Assembly: GCA_977020255.1 (NCBI GenBank)
Contig: CDROCS010001688.1
Location: 62,001 to 126,000 of the forward strand
DNA length: 64,000 nt
Origin: Obrimoposthia wandeli
Lineage: Eukaryota
Direction: 5' to 3'
The notes beneath the pieces were generated by a model, which searched no databases, was not told the DNA's origin, and saw only the letters and a list, made by a program, of their open reading frames with translations. This document shows, one piece after another, positions 19,810-32,029 of the stretch (the stretch's first letter is position 1; each line of letters starts with the position of its first letter). The position numbers were made by a program, and so were the translations under genes.

Positions 19810-22518
19810 TTAAAAACCCATTAATTTAAGTAAGTTTTCTGCTGTATCTATTGCTTGCTGGCGATTTGCAATATTCAATTTTTGGTACAAATTACGAATA
19901 TGTGTTTTGATCGTTGTAGAAGCAACATCAAGTTCAGACGCAATTTGTTCGTTACTAAAGCCAGCGTAGATTAAGCCAAGTACTTGCCATTCACGTTGAG
20001 TGAGTGGGCTAGTACGAATAAGCTCAGGAACATCAGGCAAGTTAAGCAGTTTTTCGACAAAGTTCTCATCAAAATGAACTGAACGGTTACGTTCTTTGCT
20101 GGTCATTTCACGAAGAAGTTGCTGTACTCGATGAAGTTCTAATTCATTCAGTTGCTTAGTATCAACTAACTCTTGTAGTAAATCACAAATTTCATTTGCA
20201 TCACACAGAAAGTTACCGATCATGCCAGTACTGTTCGTCAGAATTAATGCTTGTTTTAAGTGCTCAAGAGCAACTTTGCGCTGACCTTGTTTTTTACACA
20301 GAATGGATTGTAAAACAAGGTTACGGTTACTATCCGTTATTAAATTGTGTGCTTTACAATTACTCTCAAGCATATTCAAGATTTCTTCTGCTTGGTTGTA
20401 GTTTTCTAAAATTATGCTAGCACGGGCGATATTTCGCCATTGTAATTGCTGGAAGTGGTTACAAGCGCTATCAGGGCGTTCCGCTTGATGTAACCAGTTA
20501 GCAATATTGTCTTTTTCACCTTTTATCTGCCAGTAAAAAAGATTAGATAAATCGGTGTTTGCACGCCAATCAATATGATAATCAGCGCGTTCCATTAAGC
20601 TGTTACACAATTCTAAATAACGGGCTGCTTTATCTATCTCGCCACGACTAAGTGCAATACGCGCCAACATTGAGTAAGCATGTAATGATTTGGTGTCGTC
20701 AAAGGGTGTGAGTACTTCTAAGCTCTTATGGGCACATTCTTCTGCTTCATCGAGTCGGTTCCAGCACCATAAAATCTGAGCGCGCAGGCGTAAAAGAAAC
20801 TCATGAAGAGGAACTTGTTGTAGATGTTGCTCTTTTACTAGGCGATAGGCTTGGTCGAGTAGTTCAAACGCAGCTTGAACATAACCTTGAGCGACAAGAA
20901 TTTCACTTTGTTGCAACAGCGCCCACAAAGCTTGGTGGTAGACATGGTATTGACGAGCCATTTTCTCTGTTTGCTGCATCATTGGTAGCGCACGGCTTAG
21001 ATTACCTAAACAGTGATGCACTTCACCCACAACAGAGGTGGCAACAATACGACTACGGTATGTTGTTGAAGGTAGTTGACCTAATGCTTGTTCAGATAAC
21101 ACTAATGCGTCTTCTGGTTTACTTTGGTTTATGGCAACTTGAGCACGAAGCGCATTAAACTCACCTTGCAATCCATCGTCTAAAACCAAATTACGTTGCT
21201 TCATTTCGTCTTCAGATTCAGCGATTAATTCACCAACATCATCATAGCGGTGCTGACTTTGTGCTAGCCAAGCGCGCAATAAAGTAAGGCGTGGGGCGCT
21301 GAATAGTTTGTCAGTGCTAAGTGTAGAGACGGAATCTTCTAAGAGTTTCAATTCTCCGTGATGGTACATATTCCAGCCGTAATCAGTCAAAATCTCTATG
21401 GTGAGATCTTCATTTTTACTTTTCATCGCATGCATTAAAGCTTGTTGTGGACTGTTTTGCTTTAGCCATGCTTTTGCAGCATTGTTGTGCAATTCTGTTC
21501 GTTGTTGTGGTATTTGAGAGTAGCGCTGGTGGCGTAAAAATTCAGCAAAAAGATTATGGAAGCGATACCAGTTATCAGCACCTTCAAGTGTGTTTAAAAA
21601 TAAACCAAATCGGTTGAGTGATTCCAACATAGAAAGTGCATCACTACGACCTGTTAAGTCAGACACTAATTCAGCATTGAAAATATCTAACACTGAACAC
21701 TGTAATAAAAATTGCTGGGTTTCACGATCTAACTGGTCAAATACTTCTTCTGCTAGGTAATCCCACAAATGCCCGCGGTTAAAGTTTGCCATTGAAAGGG
21801 CTGATTCTGCGAGGTTATTCGGTTTTTGTTGTGCATGTAGTGCGATAAGTTGTAAAGCTGATGGCCAACCTTCAACTTGTTCTCGTAGTGAGTTGAGTAC
21901 TGTTGTTTCAATACCAGAAGAAACCCGCTTGTGGAAAAAGCGTTCGGTCTCTTCCTGATCAAAAGCCAGTAAATGGTTATCCACTTCAATCAGTAAATCA
22001 CGTACTCGTAAATTTGCAGTGCCGAGTGGCGGTTGAGTACGGCTGGTAACAACGAGTGTGACACAATCTGGCATGTGCTTTAGGAAAAAACGCATACCCT
22101 CATGGATTTCGTCATTATTGATCACATGGTAGTCATCAAGAACTAAATACGTTTGTTCATCATAATCTGATAATTCACTGAACAATTCACTAAAGAGCGT
22201 TGTTAAACATGCAAATTGGCGGCGTTCTGCCATTGCTTGGGTTTTTAAACAGGCATTATTTGTTGCTTTATTAATGGATTGCAGTAAGTAGTTTGCAAAC
22301 CTAAAAGTATCATTATCACTTTCATCAACGTTAAACCATCCAGTGTGTGAGTGTTGATTCAACCACTGCGCGGCCATTGTTGTCTTACCGTAACCGGCAG
22401 GCGAACGGAAAAGAACAAGACGATAATAAGGCGCTTGATCGAGGCTTTCCAGCAATCGAGAACGAAGAATTGCGTTATGAAGGCGTGCTGGTCGAGTAAG
22501 TTTCGAAGGTATCCACAT
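19810..22518 (-). CDS. malT: Maltose regulon activator (STAND ATPase + LuxR HTH)
   Basis: [45 protein letters not shown]. Confidence 0.97.
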   Translation of the reverse strand: MWIPSKLTRPARLHNAILRSRLLESLDQAPYYRLVLFRSPAGYGKTTMAAQWLNQHSHTGWFNVDESDNDTFRFANYLLQSINKATNNACLKTQAMAERRQFACLTTLFSELFSELSDYDEQTYLVLDDYHVINNDEIHEGMRFFLKHMPDCVTLVVTSRTQPPLGTANLRVRDLLIEVDNHLLAFDQEETERFFHKRVSSGIETTVLNSLREQVEGWPSALQLIALHAQQKPNNLAESALSMANFNRGHLWDYLAEEVFDQLDRETQQFLLQCSVLDIFNAELVSDLTGRSDALSMLESLNRFGLFLNTLEGADNWYRFHNLFAEFLRHQRYSQIPQQRTELHNNAAKAWLKQNSPQQALMHAMKSKNEDLTIEILTDYGWNMYHHGELKLLEDSVSTLSTDKLFSAPRLTLLRAWLAQSQHRYDDVGELIAESEDEMKQRNLVLDDGLQGEFNALRAQVAINQSKPEDALVLSEQALGQLPSTTYRSRIVATSVVGEVHHCLGNLSRALPMMQQTEKMARQYHVYHQALWALLQQSEILVAQGYVQAAFELLDQAYRLVKEQHLQQVPLHEFLLRLRAQILWCWNRLDEAEECAHKSLEVLTPFDDTKSLHAYSMLARIALSRGEIDKAARYLELCNSLMERADYHIDWRANTDLSNLFYWQIKGEKDNIANWLHQAERPDSACNHFQQLQWRNIARASIILENYNQAEEILNMLESNCKAHNLITDSNRNLVLQSILCKKQGQRKVALEHLKQALILTNSTGMIGNFLCDANEICDLLQELVDTKQLNELELHRVQQLLREMTSKERNRSVHFDENFVEKLLNLPDVPELIRTSPLTQREWQVLGLIYAGFSNEQIASELDVASTTIKTHIRNLYQKLNIANRQQAIDTAENLLKLMGF

Positions 22519-22720
22519 AGTATTCTTTACGTCTTTTATAAGGGTTCAAGATCCAATTTGAGATCTTCCTTTTGTTACAAAGGAATAGTAATTATGTGCT
22601 TTATGCTACTTGCTAGTCAAAATCATGCAGTAAGTGACTATCACAAGATTTGATCCTAGCCATAACTTTACCTTTCTCATGGGTTCAAAGCGTAGTTCTA
22701 TCGCTTCTCATCCCTAAAAG

Positions 22721-22812
22721 TATGAAGCACTTCACATAATGCGCGTATGACATAAAAAATTAAGAAGGTGGTTGCACATGCATTCTCATCAATAAATGTG
22801 AACTATGTTGCA
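22721..22812. promoter_or_regulatory. Two CRP-like sites in the malT-malP divergent region
   Basis: TATGA-agcact-TCACA (22721-22736) and TGTGA-actatg-TTGCA (22797-22812). Confidence 0.6.
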
Positions 22813-22891
22813 TTGGTCGGTCTATGATTATTTATCTACACCCTATTTTTACGGCAGACATCACAAAAAACACCCATCAATATTACCTACG

Positions 22892-22930
22892 CCCCTCCTA
22901 CTCATCCCTCATCCTCTAAGGTTAGGAGGA
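22892..22930. promoter_or_regulatory. Clustered MalT boxes upstream of malP
   Basis: TCATCC at 22902 and 22909 (GGATGA on minus strand) and GGAGGA at 22925. Confidence 0.7.
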
Positions 22931-22996
22931 TGTTTTTACGAATAAATACAGGCAACATAGATTCCAGTTGAAATAATCCTAGAGAGAGAATGAACC

Positions 22997-25459
22997 ATGA
23001 CTACACGTGGTCAGACACAACAATTTGATAAAGCCTTATTTAAGGCATCAGTAGAAAAACATTTAGTTGCTACTTATGCTAAAACTCCTGAGACAGCAGA
23101 CTCACGTAGCTGGTATCTAGCAGTCGGCAAAGCATTAGCTGAAATCAGCACCGGCAGCCTGTTAGAAACGGAAAAGCAAATTGCAGAACAAAATGTACGT
23201 AGTGTTAATTACCTTTCTTTAGAATTCTTGATTGGTCGCCTTACGGGTAATAACCTTATCAGCATGGGTTTATACGAAGAAGTAAGCGCGGCAGTAGAAG
23301 AGCTAGGGCTTAACCTTACAGATTTACTTGAAGAAGAACGCGATCCTGCACTAGGCAATGGCGGCCTGGGTCGTCTTGCTGCGTGTTTTATGGATTCTTT
23401 AGCGGCGCAAGAATACCCTGCAGTCGGTTACGGTCTTCATTATGAATACGGTTTATTTAGCCAATCGTTTGAAGATGGGCATCAAGTAGAAGCGCCAGAT
23501 GCGTGGCGCGGTATTGAGGGTTACCCTTGGGAAGTTGTTCGCCCTGAACTCGGCCAAACTGTTGGTCTGTTTGGTTCTGTTGAAACATACACTGATGAAA
23601 CGGGCACGAGTTGTCGTCGTTGGGTTCCAGCAATGACCGTTGAAGGTGTTGCGTGGGATCTTCCTATTGTTGGTTACGATAATAAGAGCGTTTACCCTCT
23701 ACGTTTATGGGAATGTCGTTCACCAGCACCATTTAATCTAGCTCGCTTTAACGATGGCGATTACGTTGGCGCACAATACGGTCAATTAGAAGCTGGTAAC
23801 GTAACAAAGGTGCTTTACCCAAATGACAATCATGATCAGGGTAAAACATTGCGCTTAATGCAGCAGTATTTCCATTGTGCATGTTCTGTTGCTGATATTC
23901 TTCGTCGCCACTTTGCGGCAGGTAACAAAATTGAAGATCTTGCGAAACTTGAATCAATTCAGCTAAATGATACTCACCCAACAATTGCGATTCCTGAACT
24001 AATGCGCATCCTTATTGATGAGCACAAATTAGGTTGGGAAGCTGCATGGGCAATTTCATCGAAAGTATTTGCTTACACTAACCACACATTATTGCCTGAA
24101 GCACTGGAAAGATGGAGCGAGTCTTTAATCTCAGACATGCTTCCGCGTCATATGGAAATTATTTTCGAAATTAACCACCGTTTCATGAGGTTGGTTGAAG
24201 AGAAGTGGCCTGGTAATAACGAAATCAAACGTAAGCTTTCTATTATTGAAGAAGGTCAGCAGCGTATGGTTCGTATGGCAAACTTGTGTGTGGTCAGTAC
24301 TTACGCGGTTAATGGCGTAGCGGCACTGCACTCAGAGTTAGTCAAGCGTGATTTATTCCCTGAATTCAACGAACTATTCCCAGGACGTCTTCATAACGTT
24401 ACAAACGGTGTTACCCCACGTCGTTGGTTAAAGTTCTGTAACCCGGGTCTTACTGAGTTAGTGAATGAAAAAATCGGTACAGAATGGCCTGCAAAACTTG
24501 AGCAGTTGTCTGGCTTAGCTAAATTCGCGGAAGATAAGAAATTTCAGAAGCGTTACCTAGCAGTGAAAAAAGACAACAAGCAGCGTTTTGCTGATTGGGT
24601 TCAAGACAACATGGGTATCGAGCTTGATACTAATGCAATCTTTGATGTTCAAATTAAACGTCTACATGAATATAAGCGTCAGCATTTGAACCTGCTGCAT
24701 ATTCTATCGCTTTACCATCGTTTGCTGAATGAACCTACATTTGATATGCATCCTCGCGTGTTTATCTTTGCCGCGAAAGCAGCACCGGGTTATGCATTAG
24801 CAAAAGATATTATCTTTGCAATTAACAAAGTGGCAGACAAAGTAAACAACGATCCTCGCCTTGGTGGTAAGTTGAAAGTTGTATTTGTACCTGATTACCG
24901 TGTAAGCCTTGCGGAAATTATTATTCCTGCGGCTGATGTGTCTGAGCAGATTTCAACAGCAGGCCTAGAAGCGTCGGGTACAGGCAACATGAAGCTTGCA
25001 CTTAACGGTGCGCTAACTATCGGTACGATGGACGGTGCAAACGTTGAGATCCGCGAAGAAGTGGGTGACGAAAACATCTTTATCTTCGGCTTACTGGTCG
25101 ATGAAGTGCTTAAACAAAAAGAAGAGGGTCACGACCCTTACCGTTATTACCATGCTGATAGCCTTCTACGTGCATCTCTAGATTTATTGGATACAGATGA
25201 ATTTACTCCGGGTAATCCTGGTCAGTTATCGGCGATTCGCCAAAACTTATTGGACGGTGGTGACCCATATTTAGTGCTTGCTGATTTCGCAGACTACGTA
25301 AAAGCACAGGAGAAAATTGATGCGGAATACCGTGATCAAGCAACATGGGCACGTAAAACAATTTTGAATACGGCCCTTGTTGGTAAATTCAGTTCAGACC
25401 GTAGTATCCGTGACTACGTCAATAATATCTGGAAACTAAAATCAGTTTCAGTTAAGTAA
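22997..25459 (+). CDS. malP: Maltodextrin phosphorylase
   Basis: LGNGGLGRLAACF, QLNDTHP, QIKRLHEYKRQ, EASGTGNMK (PLP Lys). Confidence 0.97.
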   Translation: MTTRGQTQQFDKALFKASVEKHLVATYAKTPETADSRSWYLAVGKALAEISTGSLLETEKQIAEQNVRSVNYLSLEFLIGRLTGNNLISMGLYEEVSAAVEELGLNLTDLLEEERDPALGNGGLGRLAACFMDSLAAQEYPAVGYGLHYEYGLFSQSFEDGHQVEAPDAWRGIEGYPWEVVRPELGQTVGLFGSVETYTDETGTSCRRWVPAMTVEGVAWDLPIVGYDNKSVYPLRLWECRSPAPFNLARFNDGDYVGAQYGQLEAGNVTKVLYPNDNHDQGKTLRLMQQYFHCACSVADILRRHFAAGNKIEDLAKLESIQLNDTHPTIAIPELMRILIDEHKLGWEAAWAISSKVFAYTNHTLLPEALERWSESLISDMLPRHMEIIFEINHRFMRLVEEKWPGNNEIKRKLSIIEEGQQRMVRMANLCVVSTYAVNGVAALHSELVKRDLFPEFNELFPGRLHNVTNGVTPRRWLKFCNPGLTELVNEKIGTEWPAKLEQLSGLAKFAEDKKFQKRYLAVKKDNKQRFADWVQDNMGIELDTNAIFDVQIKRLHEYKRQHLNLLHILSLYHRLLNEPTFDMHPRVFIFAAKAAPGYALAKDIIFAINKVADKVNNDPRLGGKLKVVFVPDYRVSLAEIIIPAADVSEQISTAGLEASGTGNMKLALNGALTIGTMDGANVEIREEVGDENIFIFGLLVDEVLKQKEEGHDPYRYYHADSLLRASLDLLDTDEFTPGNPGQLSAIRQNLLDGGDPYLVLADFADYVKAQEKIDAEYRDQATWARKTILNTALVGKFSSDRSIRDYVNNIWKLKSVSVK

Positions 25460-25468
25460 CGGCTTTAC

Positions 25469-25498
25469 ACGGTAAGTGTCAGCATTGGCACTTACCGT
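25469..25498 (+). other. Strong intercistronic hairpin between malP and malQ (attenuator or mRNA stability element)
   Basis: acggtaagtgtca-gcat-tggcacttaccgt followed by TTT. Confidence 0.55.
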
Positions 25499-25639
25499 TT
25501 CAATTAACTTTCTTAGTTGTTGATGGCACTTGCTAGTTAGCAAATAAAGGCATCAATATTTGGAAGTTAAGCGCCATTCTGTATTGGTATCAGCAAATTA
25601 AACATCGTAGCGGCATTAATACCGCTATCGGAGAGAACG

Positions 25640-27823
25640 ATGAAAGATGATCAAGTATTAAAACAAGTTGTTGAAATGGTTGGCCTAGCTGACAGCTATG
25701 TAAGTGCTTGGGGTGATGAAGCTCAAGTAGAGAACGAAACCCTACTTCGTTTATTATCTGCCCTTGGCTATGACACAAGAAATGATGATGCATTAATGGA
25801 ATCTGCTCTTAAAAGGCAGCGTCCAGATGTATTAGCGCCTGTTAAGGTTGTTCGTAATGGCGAATCAATGCACATTACGTTACACCTAGGCGTAAGTGCA
25901 CGAGCAAGTGATTTCAGCTGGAAACTTACTACCGAACAAGGTGTAGTAATGGAAGGTTGGTTACAGTCTCAACTGATTTCTGATGATCGTGAAAATGGCG
26001 GTCCACTTGTTTTTGCATTACCTGATGATTTGGCGTGGGGTTACCATAAATTAGAAGTATTCCGTAAACGCCGTAAATCTCCATTTGAAATGACATTGAT
26101 CGTAACACCATCGTCTTGTTATAAGCAGCAAGCGCTGTTGGATGATAAGAAACTTTGGGGTACCAGTGTTCAGCTTTATTCTGTTCGTACCAACCATAAC
26201 TGGGGTATTGGTGACTTTGGCGATCTAAAACAATTAGTGGCTGATATTGCGGCTCGAGGCGGTGATTTTGTGGGTCTTAACCCAATTCACTCACTCTTCC
26301 CGGCGAACCCAGAAGGCGCAAGCCCATATAGCCCGTCCTCTCGACGTTGGTTAAATTTAATGTACATTGACGTTAGTTCTGTGTCTGAATTTGCACAATG
26401 TGATGCAGCCCAACAACTTGTTGGTAGTACTGAATTCCAGCAACGTTTAGTGGAAGCGCGTAATACTAATTGGGTGAATTACAGCGAAGTATCATGTCTA
26501 AAAATGGCAGTGCTTCCGTTACTATTTGATACGTTCTGTGAACGTCATTTAGATAACAAAACAGAACGTGCAAAACAATTCTTACAGTTTATTGAAGAGG
26601 GCGGCGATAGCTTACTTCATCAAGCAGCATTTGATGCTTTGCATGCTGAAATTAAGAAGACAGATGACAATGCTTGGGGCTGGCCTGTATTCCCTGAAGA
26701 GTATCGTCATTTTGATAATGCAGCTGTTAAAACTTACATCAAAGATAACGCTAAGCAAGTTCAGTTATACATGTATTTACAATGGCTAGCAGACACTCAG
26801 CTTGCTGAAGTGAACGCGTTAGCTGAAGAAAAAGGCATGGCAATGGGTCTATACCGTGACCTTGCGGTCGGTGTTTGTGATTCTGGTGCTGAAACATGGG
26901 CTGATCATGGTGCGCTCTGTCAAGACGTGAGTGTTGGCGCGCCACCTGATATTTTAGGTCCATTGGGTCAAAATTGGGGTTTACCACCGCTAAACCCAGA
27001 AGCATTAAAAGAAACAGCTTACGAACCTTACATCCAGTTATTACGTGCAAATATGCGTAACTGTGGTGCACTACGAATTGACCACGTTTTAGGCTTGTTA
27101 CGCCTTTGGTGGATTCCGAAAGGTGAATTAGCAACACAAGGTGCTTACATGTACTACCCAGTAGATGACATGATGGCAATCTTAGCATTAGAGAGTCACC
27201 GTTTTCAGTGTACTGTCATCGGTGAAGATTTGGGTACAGTGCCAGATGAAATTATAGGCAAGCTGTCTACTGCGGGTATTCACTCATACAAAGTATTCTT
27301 TTTCGAAACAGCTGAAGATGGTGGCTTCTATTCTCCGTCTCATTATCCATCACAATCTATGGCGGCATTATGTACGCATGATATGCCAACCCTTCGTGGT
27401 TTCTGGCATTGTGATGACTTGAAAATGGGCGAGGAATTAGGACTTTACCCAAATAAAGAGCAACTTGCGGGATTATTTGCAAGCCGTGCTGAAAGTAAGC
27501 AAAAAATCCTTGATAGTTTAGACTGGCATGGTTATCTTCCTGAAGGGGTAGGTCACGATGCGAGTTATGTACCAATGGATTTGCGCCTTAGTGAAGGTAT
27601 GCAGATGCATTTGGCGGCTAGTTCGAGTGCATTGCTGAGCCTACAATTGGAAGACTGGTTGGAAATGGATAAGCCAGTCAATATTCCTGGTACAGTTGAT
27701 GAATACCCTAACTGGCGTCGTAAGCTTTCTACAACATTAGACGATTTATTTACACGTCAAGATATTATTGATCTAACTCGTCGTCTTACCGACGCACGAG
27801 GAAAAGCAAGCCAGAAAAAATAA
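25640..27823 (+). CDS. malQ: 4-alpha-glucanotransferase (amylomaltase, GH77)
   Basis: [47 protein letters not shown]. Confidence 0.97.
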   Translation: MKDDQVLKQVVEMVGLADSYVSAWGDEAQVENETLLRLLSALGYDTRNDDALMESALKRQRPDVLAPVKVVRNGESMHITLHLGVSARASDFSWKLTTEQGVVMEGWLQSQLISDDRENGGPLVFALPDDLAWGYHKLEVFRKRRKSPFEMTLIVTPSSCYKQQALLDDKKLWGTSVQLYSVRTNHNWGIGDFGDLKQLVADIAARGGDFVGLNPIHSLFPANPEGASPYSPSSRRWLNLMYIDVSSVSEFAQCDAAQQLVGSTEFQQRLVEARNTNWVNYSEVSCLKMAVLPLLFDTFCERHLDNKTERAKQFLQFIEEGGDSLLHQAAFDALHAEIKKTDDNAWGWPVFPEEYRHFDNAAVKTYIKDNAKQVQLYMYLQWLADTQLAEVNALAEEKGMAMGLYRDLAVGVCDSGAETWADHGALCQDVSVGAPPDILGPLGQNWGLPPLNPEALKETAYEPYIQLLRANMRNCGALRIDHVLGLLRLWWIPKGELATQGAYMYYPVDDMMAILALESHRFQCTVIGEDLGTVPDEIIGKLSTAGIHSYKVFFFETAEDGGFYSPSHYPSQSMAALCTHDMPTLRGFWHCDDLKMGEELGLYPNKEQLAGLFASRAESKQKILDSLDWHGYLPEGVGHDASYVPMDLRLSEGMQMHLAASSSALLSLQLEDWLEMDKPVNIPGTVDEYPNWRRKLSTTLDDLFTRQDIIDLTRRLTDARGKASQKK

Positions 27824-27837
27824 TCAGGAGTAATGCG

Positions 27838-30027
27838 TTGGACACGATCAAAGTGACACGCAGTGATAAGGAATATATGCAGCTTGAAAGGGCTGCTTTT
27901 TCGGACCCGTTTTCATTTTTAGGTCCACAGTATCAGCCGACTGACATCGCACTTCGTGTGTGGATGCCTGACGCTGTTTCTGTGGTAGTCGAAATTGAGA
28001 ATGGTGAGAAATTTCCTCTTACACGCGAAGATGAAAGTGGTTTCGTTTTAACAAGTAAGATGGATCTTACCGCTGCAGTATATAAACTACATATAAGCTG
28101 GCCGACTGGCGATCAGACAATTCATGACCCGTACCAGTTTCATGAGTTTATGCCTTCAGGTGATGCACTAGTATCTCCATCGAAAATGCATAGCGAGATG
28201 GGTGCACAGTTGCTCGCCCTTAATAAAGGTGATCAGCCAATATCTGGTGTACGTTTTCTTACTTATGCACCGAATGCATCAGCAGTCAGTGTTATTGGTG
28301 AATTCAATGCTTGGGATGGTCGCCGTCACCCTATGCAACGTTTGGATGATGGGCTATGGGGCTTATTTATTCCAGACTTAGACGATGGCACACAGTATAA
28401 GTTTGAAGTAAAAGATAGCGCAGGAAATAGCTTACCGCATAAAGCCGATCCTTGGGGCTATTCATCAGAACAGTACCCATCTTTTACCTCTATCGTTTAC
28501 GATCAGTCTCGTTACCAATGGCAAGATAAAGCATGGCAAACACGTCCTGTTAGTGTGAAGCATCAAGAAGCATTGTCTTTTTATGAGCTTCATGCGGGCT
28601 CATGGCGTAGAAATGAGCAGGGTGATTTTCTAACATACCGTGAACTTGCAGAACAGCTGATCCCTTATTTATCAGAGATGGGGTATACCCACCTTGAATT
28701 AATGCCAGTTTCAGAACATCCGTTCTATGGTTCATGGGGTTATCAACCAATTGGTTTGTTCTCACCAACAAGTCGATTTGGCACGCCTGATGATTTCAAA
28801 TACTTCGTTGATCAATGCCACTTGGCGGGTATCGGTGTCGTACTAGATTGGGTACCTGCTCATTTCCCTTCCGATGATCACGGTCTTGCTAATTTTGATG
28901 GTACAGCATTATTTAACGACCCAGATCCTCGTCGTGGTTGGCATCAAGATTGGAAGAGCTACATCTATGATTACGGTCGCGACCATGTGCGTCGATTCCT
29001 AATATCGAATGCGTTGTTCTGGCTCGAGCATTATCATATTGATGGTTTGCGTGTTGATGCTGTGGCATCTATGTTGTATCTCGATTATTCCCGTGAGCAC
29101 GATCAGTGGATCCCAAATCACGACGGTGGTAACGAGAATTACGATGCAATCAGCTTGCTACGTTGGATGAATGAAGAAGTGTATTCTCATTATCCAAATG
29201 CGATGACCATTGCTGAAGAATCAACGGCATTCTATGGTGTTTCTCGTCCTACTGATATGGGCGGTTTAGGCTTCGGCTTTAAGTGGAATATGGGATGGAT
29301 GCACGACAGCCTTTCTTATATTCAAGAAGAGCCAGTACACCGTAAATATCATCATAATACGATTACCTTCCCGCTGATTTATGCATTTAGCGAGAACTAT
29401 GTACTGTCTTTATCTCACGATGAAGTGGTTTACGGTAAAGGTTCGCTATTAGATAAAATGCCAGGCGATGAATGGCAAAAAAGTGCTAATTTGCGTGCAT
29501 ACATGGGCTATATGTATGGGCAGCCAGGTAAGAAACTGAACTTCATGGGAGCTGAAATTGCCCAAAGTGCCGAATGGTCACATGATGGTCAATTAGAATG
29601 GCACTGGTTAGAGTATCCTCGCCATAATGGCATGAAAAAGCTTGTCAGTGATTTGAACCATTTGTACCAAGATTTGCCAGCATTACATGAACTCGATTGT
29701 TCACCTGAAGGGTTTGAATGGCGAGTTCAAGACGATGCAGAAACCAGTGTGCTAGCGCATGAGCGATTTGCACTGAATGGCGATAAAGTACTCGTTGTTT
29801 CTAATTTCACACCTGTTCCTCGTGAAGGCTACACCTTGGGTGTACCCGTAGAGGGCGAGTATGAATTATTGCTTAATACTGATGCTGAAAAATATTGGGG
29901 TAGCGGTACACCAATACAGCAAACAGTGAAAACGCAGTTGTTAGAAAAACACGGTTTGGCACAATCCATTACGTTGGATCTGCCGCCATTATCAACAGTA
30001 TTTTTAGCATTTAAACAACACGCATAA
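27838..30027 (+). CDS. glgB: 1,4-alpha-glucan branching enzyme
   Basis: [41 protein letters not shown]. Confidence 0.97.
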   Translation: MDTIKVTRSDKEYMQLERAAFSDPFSFLGPQYQPTDIALRVWMPDAVSVVVEIENGEKFPLTREDESGFVLTSKMDLTAAVYKLHISWPTGDQTIHDPYQFHEFMPSGDALVSPSKMHSEMGAQLLALNKGDQPISGVRFLTYAPNASAVSVIGEFNAWDGRRHPMQRLDDGLWGLFIPDLDDGTQYKFEVKDSAGNSLPHKADPWGYSSEQYPSFTSIVYDQSRYQWQDKAWQTRPVSVKHQEALSFYELHAGSWRRNEQGDFLTYRELAEQLIPYLSEMGYTHLELMPVSEHPFYGSWGYQPIGLFSPTSRFGTPDDFKYFVDQCHLAGIGVVLDWVPAHFPSDDHGLANFDGTALFNDPDPRRGWHQDWKSYIYDYGRDHVRRFLISNALFWLEHYHIDGLRVDAVASMLYLDYSREHDQWIPNHDGGNENYDAISLLRWMNEEVYSHYPNAMTIAEESTAFYGVSRPTDMGGLGFGFKWNMGWMHDSLSYIQEEPVHRKYHHNTITFPLIYAFSENYVLSLSHDEVVYGKGSLLDKMPGDEWQKSANLRAYMGYMYGQPGKKLNFMGAEIAQSAEWSHDGQLEWHWLEYPRHNGMKKLVSDLNHLYQDLPALHELDCSPEGFEWRVQDDAETSVLAHERFALNGDKVLVVSNFTPVPREGYTLGVPVEGEYELLLNTDAEKYWGSGTPIQQTVKTQLLEKHGLAQSITLDLPPLSTVFLAFKQHA

Positions 30028-30168
30028 AACGCGTGTATGGTATGGAAGTGTTAAAAAAAACAACACCGAATACCTAGTTGCTTAGCAACATGTTGCACTT
30101 ACTTCGTTAAATTTCAATAGGTTGCTGAGTGATAAAGCAGTAAGAATTACGTTGAGTATTGAGAAAAT

Positions 30169-30202
30169 AAAGCCTGTGGTCATGTATCACAGGCTTTTTT
30201 TT
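30169..30202 (+). terminator. Rho-independent terminator after glgB
   Basis: aaagcctgtg-N9-cacaggcttt plus T tract. Confidence 0.8.
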
Positions 30203-30358
30203 GCTTAATTAATAGATTAAATATATGTTTCTTCTGTAAATACTAATCAGTGTCAATTTTTTGTCATCTTCGCAATGGTACGCTGAGGACATGTAATTTT
30301 AATTGCATATTTTAGAACAATGACCATGCAGTTAAATAAAAATAATTAGAGATAAATA

Positions 30359-31942
30359 ATGAAAAAATCTCCTAAAGAGATGACACATAACGAGTTGGAA
30401 AAAGAAGTTGATTATTCAGAGGGGATAAATCTGATATCAACCACCGATCCCGATAGTCATATTACTTATGCGAATCAGCATTTTTGTGATGTTGCAGGGT
30501 ATAGCAAAGAGGAAATGGATGGTAAATCTCATAACCTAGTTAGGCATAGTGATATGCCAAAACAGGCGTTCGCTCAACTTTGGCAATACATAAAGTCAGG
30601 TAAGAGTTGGATGGGGTTAGTGAAGAATAGTTGTAAAAATGGCGGCTATTATTGGGTTTCAGCTTTTGTCACACCGATCACCAATGACAAAGGTGAGGTA
30701 GTTGAGTTTCAATCTGTACGCAGTCGACCTGATCAGGCTAGTGTCGGTCGTGCAACTCAACTCTATAAGCAATTGAACTCGGAAAAAAAAGCCACCACAT
30801 CACGGCCTCGCTTTGCACAAACCATTTTAATTCCATGTCTTCTTTCTGTCGCTTTTGTATTGGCGATGGTACAAGTATTGATGTCTGGCCTAAATATCAT
30901 TTCTATCGCGATGCTTTTGGTTATTGCCGTAACGAGTGGGATCAGCATACATCTGTATCAACGCTTTAAAAAATTAACAGAGATAGCAAAAGAAGCTTAC
31001 GACAATCCATTAATGGAGCATGTTTATACGGGTAAAAAAGATGATGTATCTGTGATTGAATTAGCATTACGTATGCGTCAAGCAGAGCTACGAGCCATTG
31101 TAGGGCGTGCTAGCGAAACATCGGGTGATATTCTTATTTCTGCTGAGGATGAATTTGGTAACACGCAACAAATGCAGACCAACCTTGAACAACAAATGGC
31201 GGCAACAGAGCAAGTAAGTGTTGCGATGGGACAAATGTCTTCATCGATCCGTGAAGTGGCAGAAAGCGCAGCACAAGCATCGACGATTACCTCTGAAGCA
31301 CAACAGATGTCGTTAAAAGGGCAACAGAGTGTTGAAACGACAATTAATTCTGTGCATGCATTGCATCAAGAGTTAGACAACTCCAAACAAGTTATTAATG
31401 CATTATCGGATAGCAGTAAACAAATTGAAGGAATTTTGGATGTGATTGGCTCGATTGCCGATCAAACCAACTTATTGGCATTGAATGCTGCGATTGAAGC
31501 GGCTCGAGCTGGTGATGCAGGCCGCGGCTTTGCAGTGGTCGCCGATGAGGTGCGTTCGTTAGCGCAGAAAACTCAATTATCTACGGGTGAAATTCAGCAG
31601 ATGATTGCACGGTTACAACAAACAGCGAGTCAAGCTGTCGATGCTGTTGAACGCGGTGGTGTATTGTCGACAAAATGTAATGATCAGGCCGCAGAAACAG
31701 GCACCTTATTAGAGCAGATCAACGAGATGCTTAACCTAGTCACAGATAGCAGCCATCAGATAGCCTCGGCAGTAGAAGAGCAAGCGGGTGTTAGTGATGA
31801 GATCTCGCGTAATGTTCGAAATATCAACGATTTAACGGTCGCAACGTCAAAGACCAGTAATTATTCTGTCGAGAATACCCGAATGTTAGTCGATCGTCTT
31901 GAAACGATGAAACGTCTGATGGATCAATTTCAACGAATATAA
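30359..31942 (+). CDS. PAS-domain methyl-accepting chemotaxis protein (Aer-like)
   Basis: ISTTDPDSHITYAN, HNLVRHSDMP, YYWVSAFVTP; TM hairpin; IADQTNLLALNAAIEAARAG. Confidence 0.92.
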   Translation: MKKSPKEMTHNELEKEVDYSEGINLISTTDPDSHITYANQHFCDVAGYSKEEMDGKSHNLVRHSDMPKQAFAQLWQYIKSGKSWMGLVKNSCKNGGYYWVSAFVTPITNDKGEVVEFQSVRSRPDQASVGRATQLYKQLNSEKKATTSRPRFAQTILIPCLLSVAFVLAMVQVLMSGLNIISIAMLLVIAVTSGISIHLYQRFKKLTEIAKEAYDNPLMEHVYTGKKDDVSVIELALRMRQAELRAIVGRASETSGDILISAEDEFGNTQQMQTNLEQQMAATEQVSVAMGQMSSSIREVAESAAQASTITSEAQQMSLKGQQSVETTINSVHALHQELDNSKQVINALSDSSKQIEGILDVIGSIADQTNLLALNAAIEAARAGDAGRGFAVVADEVRSLAQKTQLSTGEIQQMIARLQQTASQAVDAVERGGVLSTKCNDQAAETGTLLEQINEMLNLVTDSSHQIASAVEEQAGVSDEISRNVRNINDLTVATSKTSNYSVENTRMLVDRLETMKRLMDQFQRI

Positions 31943-31997
31943 ACGGCGTTAATTATCAACAATGGCGCTTCGTATATACCCAAAATTATGTAAATAG

Positions 31998-32027
31998 AAA
32001 GCGAGCATCGAAATGATGTTCGCTTTT
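31998..32027 (+). terminator. Rho-independent terminator forming the 5' exon of the group IIC intron
   Basis: aaagcgagcatc-gaaat-gatgttcgcttt(t). Confidence 0.8.
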
Positions 32028-32029
32028 GT

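Noticed and set aside
19810-30027. malT/malPQ-glgB without glgC or glgA
   Set aside because: Ordinary Vibrionaceae arrangement; the remaining glycogen genes are normally elsewhere.
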